In this document: positions 26,314 to 40,036 of the stretch, in pieces
How the letters are laid out: the number at the start of each line of letters is the position of its first letter
Numbering within the stretch: position 1 is the stretch's first letter
Position numbers and translations under genes: made by a program
NCBI GenBank assembly: GCA_951406725.2
Contig: OX597818.1
Location: 141,360,001 to 141,424,000 of the forward strand
Origin: Octopus vulgaris
Lineage: Eukaryota
Reading direction: 5' to 3'
Length of the DNA: 64,000 nt
Notes under the pieces: generated by a model
What the model was told of the DNA's origin: nothing
The model's database searches: none
What the model saw: the letters and a program-made list of their open reading frames with translations, nothing else

Positions 26314-26374
26314 TTGAGCTGACGAAAGAAATGCTGAGTTTATTTGGCTAATCTAGAAACGTTAACGTTCTCAA
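26314..26374 (+). ncRNA. Type-I hammerhead ribozyme (right-arm copy)
   Basis: TTGAG CTGACGA A-AGA..GCTGAG-TTTA-TTTGGC..TCT-A GAA ACGTTAACGT T CTCAA: 5-bp stem I, intact core, palindromic stem III, GUU site. Confidence 0.75.
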
Positions 26375-27129
26375 ATAATCTTTGTACTTGTGATATTTTT
26401 CTGTTTTTACCTCCATACCTTCGTGAGTTATTTTGAGTAAACATTATCTGAGAGAAATTTTCTTTAAGTAGTGGAAATGGCAAAAAAACTTTTTGGCTGC
26501 TATTTCTAGCAAGTTCAGTATGTGGCAAAGTAATTTATTTTACTAAGCCCTAATTATATAATGTAATATTTTGAATTCGCCTTAAATGGTCCTTTTACAT
26601 ACTGAATACTTGGTGAAATTGATTAATAACTAATTAATTTTACCCTCAATTTTTGATATGTATATATATATATACAATTTCAGGAAGCAATATCCACGCA
26701 AGGGTTTGTTAAAAACAATCCTGATACCAACCGGGTTTAACCAAATATATTGGTAGGAAGATCATCAATATATATATATGTGTATAAAGTCTTATAAAAT
26801 TTAAAATCAAATAAAATGAAAAAAAATTTTAAAGATGCTTGGTTTGTTTTATTTGAAAAGCTATAATTACTTTACACACATACACACACGTATAAATAAT
26901 ATAAATAACGTTAAAATGATGGTAGATTTTCAAATCGTTGACTATATACTTTGATTGTAATAGGCCATTAAGATAAAATTGATTGTAATAGGCCATTAAG
27001 ATAAAAAGAAAGAGTAGGTTTAAATTGTCGATAATTTAGAACGAGAAATAAGGGTTTCCTTAAAAGCGAAATTTACAGACCGTATCTCGAAATTAACTGT
27101 CTTGCTTTACATATTCCGTAAGCATGAAA

Positions 27130-27730
27130 TCCAGTAACTGAGGTAGCTCTAACGCGGGGTATACTTATATTTACAAGGATGGTAATCATTTCCACAAAAC
27201 AATGCTCTTCCCAGCACATGGGACGTACCATTTAAGACAAACTTGTTCACTCATTGCAGGGATGGTAAACCAGGGATCATTCTGAAATATTTTTCAGTTT
27301 CTTTTTTATCAATGCTTATGCTCCTACAATCACTGGTGTTGTAACCGCCTTGAGATGTTACAATTTTCTTGATTTCAATTAGCAATCTATATATTCTGAG
27401 CTTATCATATTTACTGAAATATGTGCTTTCCTGGAAAGTGTCCTCGGCACTCTTATCAAAAACAAATTCCGTCCCGATATCACATTCAGAGTGGAGGGGA
27501 GGAAACTTCACCCCACACCGCAAAAAAATCAAAGTGTAAAGATAGAGCATTAGCAAAAGATACGCACGATATAAGGTTGTACCCACAAACCTGCGACCTT
27601 ATTGAATGGACACATTTGGGCAATGTATTTCTAGGCAAACAAAATCACTGAACTATCACAGCAGAAGCCCCTTTTATAAGGGATTTTCTCAATCAAATTT
27701 ATCATGGACGCAAACGAATGTCAGCAATTA
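27130..27730 (+). mobile_element. Degenerate LINE AP-endonuclease remnant
   Basis: FINAYAPT motif at about 27305 and GYTYIY upstream; otherwise broken. Confidence 0.35.
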
Positions 27731-29076
27731 CAAAAGGCACCATCAGCCCTTGTAAAAAAATAATTACATGTTTTTAGAAAGATAAACTAGCTGAATTCTT
27801 GATATTTGATATTTTTCATAATTACAACCCAAATTTGTTAAAATACGCTAACGTTTGAAAACCTGGAAAACTGTTGAAAGTCCACGATGGTAAGAATTTT
27901 GAGCAGTTCATATGTTACGAAGAAGGCAAAAGGCTGTCATTTTGTGATCTTATCATTCAACAGATTAGAAAAAGACGAAATTGTTAATGGAGCAAAATGT
28001 TGCGACTGCTACTAATTTCCACTCACCACGGTGAACATCAGATATTCCACGAAATCTGTTATATATATTCAATTATGTATAGGGGGATATTTTTATGATG
28101 AAGATAATAGAATTCTCGATAAGAAATATTTACAGAACCTAAGTTTTCAAACGTAATGATTGTGACTGCTTTACGGAGGGAGCGTCGTTCAACATAGTAC
28201 TATTGAACGAGGTCTGGTTCCCTTCTTTTAAAATAGAAATTCTTCTGATTTCCGAACTAAAATAAGCAAAGTATCTTGAATATAAAAAATTCTCTGTCAT
28301 TTCGACTATTGTCTTCTTCAATTATGTCTTTGTGATATTGTATGTTTATGTGTATCAGTAAGTGTATGAGTCTGGATAGGTTTTGTGTATGCGTCAAAGC
28401 CTGCGCGCGCGTGTTTGTTTACTCTCTTCGGTATCTCTGCTTGATTTGTAGTCTATATCACATTTTTTTATTATTATTTTGAACACTATTCCTTCGTGAC
28501 CAATATGTTATTTTATGATATTATATTATAACACTCAACAAAATCTGTCGCCAAGTTTTACTGAAACCACAAAACATTAAACCTTACACTGAAGAATCAA
28601 TAATCGACAGTATTGTCATCTCGCTGTCCCTCTTTGTCAGTATCATTGATATAAATTTAGACTTGCCAGTAAAACATAATATTATTACGATTATATTTAT
28701 TTCTTCACTAAATATTTTGCTCGAGTGGCAAATTTGTTTTGTTGATGAGAAATTACGACCAGTGTTGGTTTCTATGTGTGTTTGTTCGTTATTGTTTTTT
28801 CTTGTTTGTTCGCGGTTGTTATTGCTTAGTCGGCGGCAACCTTTCTCTAACAAACGAAAATCCACGTGGTCTGTATGTTAGATTGGCTACAGTTTTTGAT
28901 GGTTTTTGTTTTTCAGATTAATTACTGTAGAAATGTGTAATATTTTTTGTTATCATTGAATTCACTGCAGGAATTTTTGGAAATGTGCCAAATACGTAAA
29001 GATAATCAATCGCACGTTGTGATATTGTGCATATAGTTCTGTAAATAATAGGTGGTCGGTGAGATATGAGCGTGGG

Positions 29077-29122
<46 letters not shown>

Positions 29123-29124
<2 letters not shown>

Positions 29125-29302
29125 TCGTTAGCCACTACACACATTTTTCTTTCCTTGTTTCTCTCCTTGTTTTTTTGTGTCCCTTTCTGTAGAAGAGCGT
29201 AGGCTCGAAACGTAAAATACTTTCTATTCCTGAGCGTTATACTAATACATCTGTTTGTTTTGTACACCACCTGTCTTCGTCTTTTGTTTTTTTCGTAAAC
29301 TC

Positions 29303-29307
<5 letters not shown>
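29123..29307 (+). repeat. ~190-bp (TA)n-flanked PLE-derived element with a minimal HHR at 29184-29217
   Basis: Similar to 39040-39238; TTT CTGTAGA A GAGC-GTAG-GCTC GAA ACGT A AAA. Confidence 0.75.
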
Positions 29308-29346
<39 letters not shown>

Positions 29347-29351
<5 letters not shown>

Positions 29352-29880
29352 GTATCTAAGAGATACAACCATGCTTGAAATAACAGTTAAAATCTGACTC
29401 TAAATCCACATCAAGTGTCCAATACAGCACATGGTGAAAAGACGAATAGATAAATAAACCAGTAAAAATGAGATAAATCGAAACCCTGGGTTTCTGGATC
29501 TGCATAAAAATATTTTGCCTTTGTGAACGAAATATACCAAGAATTGTATATAATTACCTATATATGCACACAAACATACGAATACTCACGTATACGCACG
29601 CGTATATACATATATATGCACGTATATACAATGACTAGAGCATTCGTATGTTTGTATATATATATATATGTAATTATGTACAATTCTTAGTATATTTCAT
29701 TGACAAAGGCTGAGTATTTTTATACAGAGTCAGAATCCCAAGGTCTGGAATTATCCAATATTTGAACGTTTATTTACTTATTTGACTTTTCACCTTGTGT
29801 TGTATTGAACACTTGATGTGGTTGTAGAGTCAGGCTTTGGCTGCCATTTCATGCATGGTGGTATCTCTTAGATACCCTTA
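29347..29880. repeat. Diverged inverted repeat (arms about 29347-29537 and 29691-29880); third partial arm 30195-30260
   Basis: TAAGGGTATCTAAGAGATAC.. versus ..GTATCTCTTAGATACCCTTA. Confidence 0.85.
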
Positions 29881-30008
29881 GTTATAATTTTAATAATAAT
29901 TATAACCTATAAGGTTTTTCTTCCCATGCTGTCACTTAATTTGATGTTATCCTTATTTATATAGGACTTTATATATATTCACTTCGTCATTATATTCATT
30001 GCAGGTGG

Positions 30009-30041
<33 letters not shown>

Positions 30042-30134
30042 CGATGGATAACTGAACTCGCCGTTGTATATATGTGTATATATTTGTATATACACATGCG
30101 TATACGTGAGTATTCGTATGTTTATGTGTATGTG

Positions 30135-30174
<40 letters not shown>

Positions 30175-30355
30175 TATATATAATTTATTATTGGTGTGGT
30201 TTTATAGTCAGGTTTTGGCTGCTATTTCAAGCATGGTGGTAACTCTTAGATACCCTTATTTATATTTTTTATAATAAATATAAGGCAGAGGTAAAGATCA
30301 TGGACTGTACCCCCTTTGAGATGTTTTTTGTTTCATTTTTACAAGATTACGCTAT

Positions 30356-30588
30356 AAGGCAGCGAGCTGGCAGAATCATTAGCACGCTGGGCGAAATGCT
30401 TAGCCGTATTTCGTTTGTCGTTACGTTCTGAGTTCAAATTCCGCCGAGGTCGACTTTGCTTTTCATCCTTTCGAGGTCGGTAAATTAAGTACCATTTACG
30501 CACTGGGGTCGATGTAATTGACTTAATACCTATGTCTGTCCTCGTTTGTCCCCTCTATGTTTAGCCCCTTGTGGGTAATAAAGAAATA
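30356..30588 (+). mobile_element. SINE family C, full length
   Basis: AGGCAGCGAGCTGGCAGAATC head; AATAAAGAAATA end; short GCTATA duplication. Confidence 0.9.
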
Positions 30589-30855
30589 GCTATATCGAAG
30601 GCGGAGATTCCGAATCTGCAAAAATATCTGCATTTCAAAATTTAAATTCGGCCCCCAATTTCTTAAATTTTCACTTTATATGTTTTATGAAGAACATAAC
30701 CCAACATGTTGTGGTTGAGGGTCTTTTGGAATTTTAGAGAGCTATGTAAAAATTACATTTTTGCGCGCACACGCGCGCGCGCACACACACGCGCGCGCGC
30801 ACACACACACACACGTACACACACACAAACACAACAAAGTGACATTAAATTTTTC

Positions 30856-31577
<722 letters not shown>

Positions 31578-31704
31578 CCATTCTGAAAGATGTTTTAGAA
31601 TGTTCCGAAACACTCCTTCTTTCCTACTTTCCTGAGCGTCCAATAATACTATACTTGTTACACGTCCTCACGTTGTTGTGTTTTCTATTTGTGTTTTCAT
31701 GTTT

Positions 31705-31780
<76 letters not shown>

Positions 31781-32041
31781 TCTTTAGTTACTGGATCCGC
31801 AAAGTTTTCTCTATGGTTCACTTTGAAATGGGAATAGACCTATTTAGGTGGATTCATATATAGATATTTATAATAGTATAAAAATTCAAATCTAATTAAA
31901 GGCAAGGAGGTTTCTGTGCCAATATGCTGAAGATAGACGCAAAATCCACCCAACCACTCTAAGTCATCACTTTATAATATACACATGTTGAAATCGAGGA
32001 AGCAGACTGACAGAAATTCGAATTTCTATCAGTCTACTTCC

Positions 32042-32084
<43 letters not shown>

Positions 32085-32357
32085 CCAAGCAAAAAGTAAC
32101 AAGAATGGATCAGTATTTTAGTACAATTGTTTCATACTAAGAACATTTTAAGTAAAGCTGCAAATATTATAGCAAATATAATGTCAATTATTTATCAGCT
32201 AAATCACATATAGGTTTTCCAAACATCTTAGAGAGGGTAAATATCCTTATGAAGTATTAGGAGTGAAGTAAGATGATAAGCAGACTTTATATGTTTTCCC
32301 TGTTGGAAAACATATAAAGTCTGCTTATAATCTTACTTCAAATTCATAGAACTCACT

Positions 32358-32617
32358 CATGTGTGTGTACATATATGTGTGTGTATATGTTTGTGTGTCT
32401 GCGTTTGTCCCCTCCCCCAACATCGTTTGACAACCGATGGTGGTGTGTTTATAACCCCGTAACTTAGCGTTTCGGCAAAAAGACCGATAGAATAAGTACT
32501 AGGCTTACAAAGAATAAGTCCAGGGGTCGATTTGCTCGACTAAAGGCGGTGCTCCAGCATGAACGCAGTCAAATTACTGAAATAAGTAAAAGAGAGTAAA
32601 GGAGAGTAAAAGAGAGT
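32358..32617 (+). mobile_element. SINE family B, 3' part
   Basis: ...TAAAGGCGGTGCTCCAGCATG..CAGTCAAATTACTGAAA + (AGAGTAAA)n tail. Confidence 0.85.
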
Positions 32618-32629
32618 ATAGATAGATAA

Positions 32630-32683
<54 letters not shown>

Positions 32684-33005
32684 GTATAATAAAAATGGGA
32701 CAAGAACGCAAAACATCCGGACAACTAGGTGATACAAAAAGGGACAACAAAACATCCAGATAGACGATACAAAAAAAAAACAAGGATGGATCATTCGAAG
32801 CTTTCTATCCTCAGTCAAGAACCGGATCATCCTCGCAATTTCGGCTGATTAATCTTGAGATTGCTCAAATCTGGCCAGCCCCAAGGAAAAGCTAAGCTAA
32901 GAGCATTAGATTCATTGGAAGAAAGCTTCAAATGTATACGAAAACAAGGACGGAAACACAGACGATGTTACACGAATATAAATACAAAATACAACAACAA
33001 CAACA

Positions 33006-33078
<73 letters not shown>

Positions 33079-33430
33079 GGACATAACAACAGGTATCCTT
33101 CTATTGGGGACGTATTGAATTCAGCTGGCGTGTGTGGAAATGAAGCCTTACGGCAGAGATATGAAACTTTCACAAACACAGGGAAGAATATCGATGTGGC
33201 AGTGACCACAGTCAAACGCAAAAGACGGTTAGCAGTCTGGCCTATCGGTCACGTGAGAAGAGGAGAGAGAAAAAGGGGAACAAAAGAAGAGAGAGAGTTG
33301 TAGAAGCAGATGGACAGAAGAATTAAGGAGGGACGAGAAAAATACAGGTACATAGGGAAGTGAAAAGTGAGTAAGAAAGGCAAAGAAATGTGAGAGAGGG
33401 AAAAAGAAAGAACGAGGAGTGGAACGAACA

Positions 33431-33475
<45 letters not shown>

Positions 33476-33506
33476 TGTGTGTGTGTGTGTTTGTGTGTGT
33501 GTGTGA

Positions 33507-33539
<33 letters not shown>

Positions 33540-33543
<4 letters not shown>

Positions 33544-33728
33544 TGCCTCTCTGTCCCCCAGCACCGTTTGGAAACAAGTGTTGGCTTGGTTACGTCCCGG
33601 AAACCAGTGGTTCGACAAAAATAGACGGATATAATATGTATCAAGCTATAAAAATATGTACTGGAGTTGATTAGTTCGACTAAAACATTCAAGGCGGCTC
33701 CAGCATGGCTACAGAAACTAGTAAAAGA
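33540..33728 (+). mobile_element. SINE family B, degenerate 3' part
   Basis: TTCGACTAAAACATTCAAGGCGGCTCCAGCATGGCTACAGAAAC. Confidence 0.65.
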
Positions 33729-34035
33729 TCTATAATTCTCAATAGTTTTCTACCAGGGTTATATATGGTATCAGTCGACACAAGTATGCCCAATTTGTTT
33801 GTTAAATATTTTACAAGGAGTGTATATTTAATAAGATAATTGAATCTTATAATTGCTATAGCAGATAATTTTTCTTAGTTAATCATAATTTCCCTTTATA
33901 ATATTAATTTCCGTAATTAGAGTGCTATCTGTGATTTTGCATATTAGTATAATCCATGTTTCGACTATTTTCTAATATGAATAAGTTCTGTTTCGACTGT
34001 TTTCTAATATGACTGACTTCAAAGTTAGTGTTTCT

Positions 34036-34489
34036 CGTAGGCGAGAAAGATATGCCATAATATACATCTGGAAGATCCTGGAAGGACTTGTCCCAAACTT
34101 TGGCATCGAGAGTTACACAAATGCCAGAACTGGGCGCCACTGCATGGGGCCAACGACTCCAAACTTGCCATCAAGATGTAGGACAAGATACTGTGATAGC
34201 CTGGGCTTCCGAGGCCCACAGCTCTTCAATATCCTCCCGAAGAACCTAAGAGACATGCATGGGGTGGATGCAGATGTCTTTAAAATGAAACTGGATCTCT
34301 TCTTGTCGGGTATCCCAGATGAACCAACTTCACAGCAGGAGGTACAGATGAGGGCAGCTGCATCGAACTCTCTCATGCACCAAATGGCAGTTGCTAAAAA
34401 GCATTCGTGAAGTAAAACCATGTAGCAACACCAAATGGCGGTGCCTCAGCATGGCCACAGCTCGTGAGCTGAAACTAGAATCAATCAAT
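34036..34489 (+). mobile_element. 5'-truncated CR1-group LINE: ORF2 C-terminus plus 3' UTR
   Basis: RRRERYAIIYIWKILEGLVPN..GPQLFNILPKNLR..FKMKLDLFLSGIPDEP..AASNSL*; 3' stem-loop CAGCTC-GT-GAGCTG; (AATC)n tail. Confidence 0.85.
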
Positions 34490-35241
34490 ATAGTAAAATT
34501 GTTACAAGAGAATCAATTTTTATTTAACTTCAATTATGAAAGAAAACTGAACAGAAATCCAATACATTTGGAACAATCCAGGCAATCTACATACTAAAAA
34601 TTGCAACTCCAGGCAATCTAAAAGTTTCGAGTAATTATTCTTGAACAAGCTATTAATAGCCTCTTGCATTTAATTAATATATGTTTTATATTTCTCCATT
34701 ACAAACTTTCTTAGCTTTCTCTATTTGTATATTTTCGTTCTAAGTTTTTCGCGGGGAGGGGGGGAATTGTTTTCACCTTGTTTTTTCTTCTCAAATTCTG
34801 CGAATCAAAAGTTACAAAATTTTAGTTCACCTTTGTTGCAGTCATTCCTGCGACAGTCTGGCGATCCCAAGAGTTTTATTTCAATGAAATACTCCATTCC
34901 TTTGAACAGATTAATTAATTAGCGTTGATGAAAGCTAAACAAGCGACAATAACTTTGCTTCACTCGATTTCTTTCTAATACTTTTCTTCGTAATTTGATC
35001 TTAATGATTACCAGATTTCCCATAGTAATAAAGCATTTTAATTGAACACATATTATTGCAATCACATGTTACAACTACTAAAATCATGCAGAAAGAACAT
35101 GCAGTACTATCCGACCAATAGACATCACGCTACGTAATTCTTAAACACCAAGTTCGAAATTCAATAAATTTTGGTATACGTATGTCACGTTCATAATTTA
35201 TCTGTCAAACGCAGCTGTTAATTCGCTTTTCCTAAAAGTTC

Positions 35242-35324
<83 letters not shown>

Positions 35325-35413
35325 CTATTTATCTATCTCTGTCTATCTCACATTTTGCATATCTGTGTGTGCGTGGGTATGTTTCTGGGTGTGTGTATGC
35401 ATGTCTGGATGTT

Positions 35414-35471
<58 letters not shown>

Positions 35472-35494
35472 GCTATGTATGTATATGTATATGT

Positions 35495-35830
35495 GAAGGC
35501 GCATAGCTTAGTGGTTAGAGCGTCGGGCTCACAATCACGAAGTAGTGAGTTCGTTTCCCGGATCGAGCTGTGTATTGTATTCTTGAGCAATACACTTTAT
35601 TTCATGTTGCCCCAGTTCACTCAGCTGTAGTAATGAGCTGCGACATCACAGGTGCCAACCTGAATCAGCCTTTGCCTTTCTCTTGGATAACATCAGTGGT
35701 GTGGAGAGAGGCCGCTGGTATGCAAGGGCCACTGCTGGTCTTCCATAAACAACTTTTCCCGGACTTATGCCTCGGAGGAGAACTTTCTAAGTGCAATCCA
35801 ATGGTCAATCATGATCAAAGGGGATCTGTA
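35495..35830 (+). mobile_element. SINE family D (tRNA head + CTTGAGCAA.ACACTT core)
   Basis: GGCGCATAGCTTAGTGGTTAGAGCG A box, GAGTTCGTTTCCC B box; core shared with 62443-62735. Confidence 0.8.
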
Positions 35831-36397
35831 CCCTCAATGTATGTATATGCATAAATAGATACACAGTATATGCATACATACGCATACATAGCTACACACA
35901 AACCCATACCTCTAGAAACTGCAACACCAATGCATTTACACACGCGTTACCTCGCCTCTCGACCACTAAACCTAACTATTACTAACTTGTTCGTTTCACT
36001 CCTTCACACACACATATACACACGCACGCACACATATCACTCACACACCACAAACACACACACACACATACAGGGACTACCACATACACACACATTGGTC
36101 ATTTTCGCACTCACCTGCCTTCAAAAGCCATTTACTCTATCTCTCCACTTCCAGTCAGCTATTTTTCAGTCACGTAACGACACACATGCTTTTCGCGAAC
36201 TAGCCATCTCTCTAGACCTTTTCCTTTCTTACGAAGATACGTTACCACTTCACTTTTTTACCATCTTAAACTTACTCTGAGTGTCAATCTAATATGTTTA
36301 CTGCGTACGTCCTTTTGACTATAGTTGCTTTTTCTGCATTTGTTTTTAATACTGATTTGCCTGTGTGAAAATGGGTAGACTTGCGGTTATGTTCTTT

Positions 36398-36625
36398 GGC
36401 GAGCTGGCAGAAACGTTAGCACGCTGGGCGAAATGCGTAACCGTATTTCGTCTGTCGTTACTTTCCGAGTTCAAATTCCGCCGAGGTCGACTTTGCCTTT
36501 CATCCTTTCGGGGTCGATAAATTAAGTACCAGTTACGTACTGGGGTCTATATAATCGACTTAATCCCTTCGTCTGCCCTTGTTTGTCCCTTCTGTGTTTA
36601 GCCCCATGTGGGTAGTAAAGAAATA
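36398..36625 (+). mobile_element. SINE family C with 13-bp TSD, nested in an older SINE head
   Basis: TATGTTCTTTGGC at 36388-36400 and 36626-36638. Confidence 0.92.
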
Positions 36626-37296
36626 TATGTTCTTTGGCTCATGATTATATGGTCGTGAGTTCAATTCCTGAAACTTGCTGCGGGTTGTGTCCTCGAACAA
36701 AACACTTCTCGTTATTCTAGTCTTTTCAATAATACCATCTGGATACTAATACAGCCATCACTTTCTTTTTTATCACAACATGGATTTTCAGCACATCAAA
36801 GGTTGTAAAGCGATACGTGTCTTTCGTTTTTGGATTTGGTTTGCAAGATTCTTTATGTGAGTTCGTGTGTTGAAACACATTCTGTTGTTTCTGGGGAGAG
36901 TCATTTTCTTTTAACACACTCACCGTTAAAATTTCCACTTATTTCTTATTTTTATTTTCCTAAAATTTTCCTTGCCTCTTGCAAACTTTTCAATAGTTTT
37001 CAATAGTCCCAGACGCAACGAGGTATGTGTCTGACTGCTAGAAACTACATAAGCATCTGAATATAATTAAAAGAAAGTATTTTACTTGTTATTAAGCTTT
37101 ACACGCTCCAGGGTGGTCAATGGCTCATCGTGTTTTATACATACATACATATTCATTTCGAAATACATGTTTCACACAATTGCTGTAGAGATTACATTTT
37201 CTCGCTAACAATGATCATTCAAGCTATGAAAAACAATTCATGCAGGAACTCCATTGCTGATTTTCTGTTTAAAGGTACAGCATAAATCTAGTTGTC

Positions 37297-37680
37297 GTGG
37301 AGGCGCAATAGCCCAGTGGTTAGGGCAGCGGACTCGCGGTCATAGGATCGCGGTTTCGATTCCCAGACCGGGCGTTGTGAGTGTTTATTGAGCGAAAACA
37401 CCTAAAGCTCCACGAGTCTCCGGCAGGGGATGGAGGTGATCCCTGCTGTACTCTTTCACCACAACTTTCTCTCACTCTTACTTCCTGTTTCTGTTGTACC
37501 TGTATTTCAAGGGCCCGGCCTTGTCACTCTCTGTGTCACGCTGAATATCCCCGAGAACTACGTTAAGGGTTCACGTGTCTGTGGAGTGCTCAGTCACTTA
37601 CACGTTAATTTCACGAGCAGGCTGTTCCGTTGATTCGGATCAACCGGAACCCTCGTCGTCGTAACCGACGGAGTGCTTCC
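37297..37680 (+). mobile_element. SINE family A, tail type 1, with 12-bp TSD
   Basis: TSD AAATCTAGTTGT at 37284-37295 and 37681-37692. Confidence 0.95.
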
Positions 37681-38102
37681 AAATCTAGTTGTTGATTTTC
37701 ATTGATGACCATTCATGAGATTCGGTAACACCAGGCTATATACAACGTAAAACAAACTCGGTTCTAATGAATCTCTGTAGGGATGTATAGATAGAGCGTT
37801 AATATTATTCGGTAGTTAAGTAATTATTGAGGGGCTATAACAATAACAGCTATTATTATTATGCGATATTGCTGGGTAATATTCAGTAACTGCGCTGCAC
37901 GAGTGGACATTGTTAGCTTGTCGGCAAGCGTTCGTGCCTGTGCATCCGTATAATAATATCTGGGATTTTATCAATATCTCGGCGAGGCACGCATTGCATT
38001 TCACTGAATTATTGCAATTTGTTGTAAAGATGTTTCCTCGGTCCTGTTGATGTATACACGCACAATCATATGTTTATGTATTTGTATGTATTTATGTATG
38101 TA

Positions 38103-38160
<58 letters not shown>

Positions 38161-38169
38161 TATATATAC

Positions 38170-38273
<104 letters not shown>

Positions 38274-38419
38274 ATATACACAGACATACATGTGTATACA
38301 TATATAAGCAACTAAATCACAAAGAAATCATGTTAGCGTCTAACAGCATTGCTTGGAGAGTGGTGAAGGAAGAAATCTCTTCCATAGTTGAGCTTCATTC
38401 AAAAGATCCAGTAGTCATG

Positions 38420-38680
38420 ACATGTCATGCAACTTAATTCAGTGTTCAGTCTCCTAGGTGCTTCAATTACCATATTTTGTTGTGTATGAACATCATAGTA
38501 GACAGCAATATTCAAGATAAGACTGACATACGTGGCAAAAAGAAGCGTGAAGATATAAAAATCTCTTGACTGGAAACATCTAAGGATCCATGAAACTTCT
38601 AAAGATCCAAGAGCGGCCATATTGACAATATTCTTGATGTATGCAATCCAGCTTAGGTTGTTGTCCAAAGATACACTACA
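38420..38680 (-). mobile_element. CR1-group LINE RT C-terminal fragment
   Basis: DNNLSWIAYIKNIV..SWILRCFQSRD..LLFATYV. Confidence 0.7.
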
Positions 38681-38978
38681 GTTTCACATATATGAAGCTA
38701 GAGTAATATATACTATGCTTGTTTGATTGTTTTTGTTATGTGGCTGTGTGTATTTGATCGCGTTTGTGTGTTTGTCTAAGTGTGCGTAATATTTAATGAC
38801 GTTAATCAAAACGGATAGAGAAAAAACACAAATGCAAAATTCTGGTAGTGGATTGTGCAACATCGTTAAAAGATTTAGTAGGACTTTACCTAAAGACTTT
38901 TATCGTGTTCCAGTTTGCCGTGACTCTACGCCTAACGTGAGCCTCCTATAACTATAACTACATAGCCTCACATATATG

Positions 38979-39032
<54 letters not shown>

Positions 39033-39039
39033 AATGTTG

Positions 39040-39238
39040 ATTCGCTAGCCTCTGCACGCATTTTTTTCTCTCCTTGTTTCTTTCTGTGTTTCTTTTCTGT
39101 GTATCTTTCTGTTGAAGAGCGTAGGCTCGAAACGTAAAAGACTTGTTTTATTTATATTCCTGAGCGCCATACTAATACAATTGTTTGTTTGTATTCCACC
39201 TGCCTTCGTCTTTTGTTTATTTTCATAAAGCTTCCCGT
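39040..39238 (+). repeat. ~200-bp (TA)n-flanked PLE-derived element
   Basis: Same family as 29123-29307; partial relative at about 31600-31707. Confidence 0.8.
39104..39141 (+). ncRNA. 38-nt minimal hammerhead motif (A6U variant, loopless ACGT stem III)
   Basis: TCTTT CTGTTGA A GAGC-GTAG-GCTC GAA ACGT A AAAGA. Confidence 0.6.
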
Positions 39239-39270
<32 letters not shown>

Positions 39271-39312
39271 TATATATATATATATATATAATATATATAG
39301 AGAGAGAGAGAG

Positions 39313-39347
<35 letters not shown>

Positions 39348-40036
39348 ATATTCAAAATATGTATGTGTGTGTGTGTGATGGGAGCGTACACATGCATATC
39401 TCATTGTCAAATATGGATTTTCTTATCTTCCTATGGTACGGAACGACAGGGATAACCAGAATTTGTAGTGGTATTGCTTCTGACGTTAAATGTCATGAAG
39501 CGGTCAGTTAAAGATGAATTATTTTGCCATCACAGATTCTTTCTCTCTCTCTCTTTCTCTTTCTCTCCCGTGCACAAACACACTACTATATATATATATA
39601 TATATATATAATATTATATTATATATCATATTATATATATATATATATTATATTATATATTATATTATATATATATATACACTTGTATTATACGCCCATA
39701 AAAACACTTACATATAGTCATATATAAATATACCTATTACGTTACATCACATCAAACTATACGCGAAGGTGTTTAATTTCCGGTCTCAAAATGACATGAG
39801 AGAAGCAACACGACTAAACTACTATTGTCATATCTATGCTAAATATTATGATCGATATCAAACCTATCAAACAGCATCACCCTCACCAAACACCACCACC
39901 ACCGCCATTACCATTGTCAACATTAATTTCACCCAACATCTTTTAAGAGAGCAATAACAGAAGCATCAGTAGCGATATGAATACGCAGAAAGTCTGCTAC
40001 ACCTTTGAAATGGTTCTATTCATATTTATATATATA

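Larger units (their letters stand above)
25961..26560. repeat. 600-bp near-perfect palindrome (arms 25961-26238 and 26285-26560, 46-nt spacer), PLE-derived
   Basis: Arms are reverse complements with only a few mismatches or indels. Confidence 0.97.

Noticed and set aside
27251-27586. 111-aa minus ORF as a receptor exon
   Set aside because: No recognisable domain; the opposite strand has a LINE endonuclease-like motif.
37297-37370. tRNA gene
   Set aside because: SINE head: multicopy, no acceptor stem or terminator, continues into the SINE body.
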